DNA from: Rhodospirillales bacterium
GTDB taxonomy: Bacteria; Pseudomonadota; Alphaproteobacteria; Rhodospirillales; Magnetospirillaceae
Reading direction: 5' to 3'
NCBI GenBank assembly: GCA_019455065.1
Contig: JACFNC010000008.1
Span: forward strand, 30,277-94,276
DNA: 64,000 bases
Every line of letters starts with the position of its first letter. Positions within the stretch are counted from its first letter, which is position 1. Below, piece by piece: positions 60,880-64,000 of this stretch. A program made the translations under genes and the position numbers. Under the pieces are notes generated by a model, which was not told the DNA's origin, searched no databases, and saw only the letters and a program-made list of their open reading frames with translations.

Positions 60880-63800
60880 TCTCGCGTTTCTTCATCGACC
60901 GCCCGATCTTCTCGTCCGTTCTCTCGATCGTCATCGTGCTGGCCGGCCTCGCGGCCATGAGGGTGCTGCCGGTCAGCCAGTATCCGCAGATCGTTCCCCC
61001 CGAGGTGCTGGTCCGCGCCACCTATCCCGGGGCCAGCGCCGAGGTGCTGGCGGAAACCGTGGCGGCGCCCCTGGAGCAGCAGATCAACGGCGTCGACGGC
61101 ATGCTCTACATGCGTTCGAGCGCGTCCAGCAGTGGCCTTCTGCTCCTGTTCGTCACCTTCGAAATCGGCACCGATCCCGACCAGGCGACCATCGACGTCA
61201 ACAACCGCGTCCAGGCCGCCCTGCCGCGCCTGCCCGAGGAGGTGCGACGCCAGGGCGTGCAGGTGGCCAAACGCTCCTCGGCCATCCTTCAGGTCGTCAC
61301 CATGTCGTCGCCGAGCGGCCGCTACGACCCGGTGTTCGTGTCGAACTACGCGCTGCTCAACGTCATCGACGACCTCAAGCGCACGCCGGGCGTGGGCGAC
61401 GCCTCGCTGTTCGGCGCCAAGGACTACTCGATGCGCATCTGGCTGCGGCCGGACAAGCTGGCGCAGTACGGGATGACGCCGAGCGACGTCGCCGCCGCGG
61501 TGCGCGAGCAGAACGCCCAGTTCGCCGCCGGCCAGTTCGGCCAGGAGCCGATGACCTCGCCGCAGGCCTACACCTACAGCGTGACCACGCCCGGACGGCT
61601 GCTGGACGCCGAGGAATTCGGAAACGTCATCCTGCGGTCGGATCCCGACGGCGCCAGCCTGCGGCTGAAGGACGTGGCGCGGGTGGAGCTGGGGGCGCAG
61701 GACTACGCCTTCTCGGCCACCCACAACGGCGCCCCGGCCGTCGCCATCGGCGTCTACCTCCAGCCCGGGGCCAACGCGCTGGCGACCGCCGAGGCGGTGC
61801 GCGCGACCATGGATCAGGTGGCGAAACGGTTCCCCGAGGGGATCGCCTATAGCATCCCCTTCGATACCACCAAGTTCGTCAAGGTGTCGATCGAGGAGGT
61901 CGTCAAGACCTTCATCGAGGCCTTGATCCTCGTCGCCGCGGTGGTGTTCCTGTTCTTGCAGAAGTGGCGCGCGGCGATCATTCCGCTGGTCGCCGTCCCG
62001 GTGTCGCTGATCGGCACCTTCGCCGGCATGTACCTGCTGGGCTTCTCGATCAACCTCTTGACCCTGTTCGGCATGGTGCTGGCCATCGGCATCGTGGTCG
62101 ACGACGCAATCGTGGTCATCGAGAACGTCGAGCGCATCATGACCGAGGACAAGCTGTCGCCCCGCGACGCCGCCTTCGAGGCCATGGAGGAGGTGAGCGG
62201 GCCGGTCATCGCCATTGTGCTGGTGCTGTGCGCCGTATTCATCCCGGTCGCCTTCCTGGGCGGTCTGGCCGGGCAGATGTACCAGCAGTTCGCCATCACC
62301 ATCGCCATCTCGGTGGTCATCTCCGGCATCGTCGCCCTGACGCTGACGCCCGCCCTGTGCGCCCTGCTGCTGAAGCCCGGCCACGATGCCCCGGCGCTGC
62401 CGTTCCGACTGTTCAACCGCCTGTTCGCCAAGGCCACCGGCGGCTATCTCGCCGGCGTGCGCTTCTTCCTGCGCCGCGCCGTTCTGGGCATGGCGGTGCT
62501 CGCGGTGATGATCGGGGTCACGGTGGCGATGTTCCAGCGCATCCCCGGCGGCCTGGTGCCCGAGGAGGACCAGGGCAGCGTGTTCGCGATCACCATGCTG
62601 CCGCCGGCCGCCGCCCTCAGCCGCACCGCCGAGGTGACGGGGCTTCTCAACGAACGGCTGCAGGGCCATCCGGCGGTGACCGACGTGGTGACCTTCACCG
62701 GCTTCGACCTGCTGTCGCAGTCCCAGAAGACCAATTCCGGCGTGTCCTTCGTGACCCTGGAGAACTGGGACGAGCGCCGGGATCCGGCGCTGGACTCGCG
62801 CGCCCTGACGCGAACCTTCATGGGCATGATGGCCGACGTCAAGGCCGGCCTCGTGCTGGCGATCAACCCGCCGCCGATCATGGGCATGAGCATGACCGGC
62901 GGCTTCGAGATGTACGTCCAGAACCGCGGCGGCGGCGGCAGCGGCGTGCTGATGGACACCACCAACCGCCTGCTCGCGGCGGCCACCAAGCGGCCCGAGC
63001 TGGCCGGCGTGCGCACCACCTTCTCGACCTCGGTCCCGCAGTACCGCATCGCCGTCGACCGCGAGAAGGCGAAGGCCCTGGGCGTGCCGCTCAACCTGCT
63101 GTTCGACACGATGCAGAGCACCTTCGGCAGCCTGTACGTGAACGACTTCACGCTGTTCGGCCGCGCCTACCGGGTCAACCTGCAATCCGAACCGGAATTC
63201 CGTGAAAAGCCCGAGGATTTGCGGCACGTGTTCGTGCGCTCGCTGGCCGGCGAGATGATCCCGCTCGATTCCCTCGTCCGGGTCGAGCGCGTCGTCGGCC
63301 CCGACGTGGTCGAGCGCTTCAACGTGTTTCCCGCCGCCAAGGTGATGGGCGATCCCGCGCCCGGCTACAGTTCGGGGCAGGCGCTGGCGGCGATCCAGGC
63401 GGTGGCGGCGGAAACCCTGCCCGAGTCCTTCTCCTACGGCTTCATCGGCTCGGCCTTTCAGGAGCGGGCGTCGCAGGGGGCCGGCGGCATTGCCTTCGTG
63501 TTCGGCATCGTCATGGTGTTCCTGATCCTGGCCGCGCAATACGAGCGCTGGTCGCTGCCGCTGGCGGTGATCACCGCCGTTCCCTTCGCGGTATTCGGTG
63601 CGGTGCTGGCGATCTGGCTGCGCGGCCTGAACAACGACGTCTACTTCCAGATCGGGCTGGTCACGCTGATCGGGCTGGCGGCCAAGAATGCCATCCTGAT
63701 CGTCGAGTTCGCCGCCCAGCGCCGGCATGAGGGCCGCGGGGTCTTCGACGCCGCGATGGAAGCGGCGCGGCTGCGCTTCCGCCCCATCATCATGACCTCG

Positions 63801-64000
63801 CTGGCCTTCATCCTGGGCTGCGTGCCGCTGGCGGTCAGCACGGGGGCGGGCGCCGCCAGCCGCCACTCCATCGGCACCGGCGTGATCGGCGGCATGCTGG
63901 CGGCCACCTTCCTCGCCATCTTCTTCATCCCCCTGTTCTTCCGCCTGGTGTCGCGCGGCCAGGGCCGGCATCCGGTGGCGGCCCGGAAAACGAAGGCCCG
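60876..64000 (+). CDS. RND multidrug efflux permease (AcrB/MexB-like), 3'-truncated by the window edge
   Basis: ATGA overlap with the adaptor stop. [24 protein letters not shown] start. The frame is open for 1041 codons to the window end, which is why it is absent from the ORF track. Confidence 0.93.
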   Translation, partial: MISRFFIDRPIFSSVLSIVIVLAGLAAMRVLPVSQYPQIVPPEVLVRATYPGASAEVLAETVAAPLEQQINGVDGMLYMRSSASSSGLLLLFVTFEIGTDPDQATIDVNNRVQAALPRLPEEVRRQGVQVAKRSSAILQVVTMSSPSGRYDPVFVSNYALLNVIDDLKRTPGVGDASLFGAKDYSMRIWLRPDKLAQYGMTPSDVAAAVREQNAQFAAGQFGQEPMTSPQAYTYSVTTPGRLLDAEEFGNVILRSDPDGASLRLKDVARVELGAQDYAFSATHNGAPAVAIGVYLQPGANALATAEAVRATMDQVAKRFPEGIAYSIPFDTTKFVKVSIEEVVKTFIEALILVAAVVFLFLQKWRAAIIPLVAVPVSLIGTFAGMYLLGFSINLLTLFGMVLAIGIVVDDAIVVIENVERIMTEDKLSPRDAAFEAMEEVSGPVIAIVLVLCAVFIPVAFLGGLAGQMYQQFAITIAISVVISGIVALTLTPALCALLLKPGHDAPALPFRLFNRLFAKATGGYLAGVRFFLRRAVLGMAVLAVMIGVTVAMFQRIPGGLVPEEDQGSVFAITMLPPAAALSRTAEVTGLLNERLQGHPAVTDVVTFTGFDLLSQSQKTNSGVSFVTLENWDERRDPALDSRALTRTFMGMMADVKAGLVLAINPPPIMGMSMTGGFEMYVQNRGGGGSGVLMDTTNRLLAAATKRPELAGVRTTFSTSVPQYRIAVDREKAKALGVPLNLLFDTMQSTFGSLYVNDFTLFGRAYRVNLQSEPEFREKPEDLRHVFVRSLAGEMIPLDSLVRVERVVGPDVVERFNVFPAAKVMGDPAPGYSSGQALAAIQAVAAETLPESFSYGFIGSAFQERASQGAGGIAFVFGIVMVFLILAAQYERWSLPLAVITAVPFAVFGAVLAIWLRGLNNDVYFQIGLVTLIGLAAKNAILIVEFAAQRRHEGRGVFDAAMEAARLRFRPIIMTSLAFILGCVPLAVSTGAGAASRHSIGTGVIGGMLAATFLAIFFIPLFFRLVSRGQGRHPVAARKTKA

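Noticed and set aside
60678-63971. 1097-aa minus-strand ORF
   Set aside because: It is antisense to the AcrB-like RND permease, whose plus-strand frame is open from 60876 to the window end and has clear family motifs. The shadow product is Arg/Gly/His-rich low complexity.

Overview
This 64-kb window is high-GC chromosomal DNA with strongly GC3-biased codons. Gene content looks alphaproteobacterial, possibly Rhodospirillales-like, but that is inference only. I can support about 60 protein genes, two tRNAs (Ala-CGC and Sec-UCA) and a few regulatory sites. I saw no rRNA, CRISPR array, transposase or integrase.

Housekeeping and metabolic genes:
- argG, folD with yggT/yggU/nnrU, and gltBD.
- Tartronate-semialdehyde reductase with glycerate kinase.
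- cobD, cobA and a lone phosphoribulokinase.

Sensory genes:
- An EAL protein truncated by the window start.
- Two large hybrid histidine kinases, one of them interrupted by an in-frame TAG.
- An ECF sigma/anti-sigma pair.

Transport and resistance genes:
- ArsR with an ArsP-like permease, and an MFS transporter.
- A TRAP system.
- TetR with an RND efflux pump that runs off the 3' end of the window.

Selenium island:
- selB and tRNA-Sec sit next to a selenocysteine formate dehydrogenase operon.
- The ORF track splits the catalytic gene of that operon at its UGA-Sec codon.

The strongest candidate for something undescribed is at 20.3-23.5 kb. A WYL-domain regulator is divergent from a tightly overlapping four-gene operon encoding:
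- a Trp-rich unknown protein;
- a HIRAN-domain protein with a Tat-like signal;
- a small four-Cys zinc-ribbon protein that has a paralog at 1.06 kb;
- an ADP-ribosylglycohydrolase.

Other items worth a second look:
- An orphan cytochrome oxidase subunit I+III fusion with no subunit II, co-oriented with a SAM methyltransferase and an ArsR-rhodanese fusion.
- The degenerate Tat motif on the formate dehydrogenase.
- Paired ArsR operator palindromes.
- A nitrilase/IorAB/TRAP/MarR cluster.

Many of the very long ORFs in the track are antisense shadow ORFs typical of high-GC DNA, and I rejected them.
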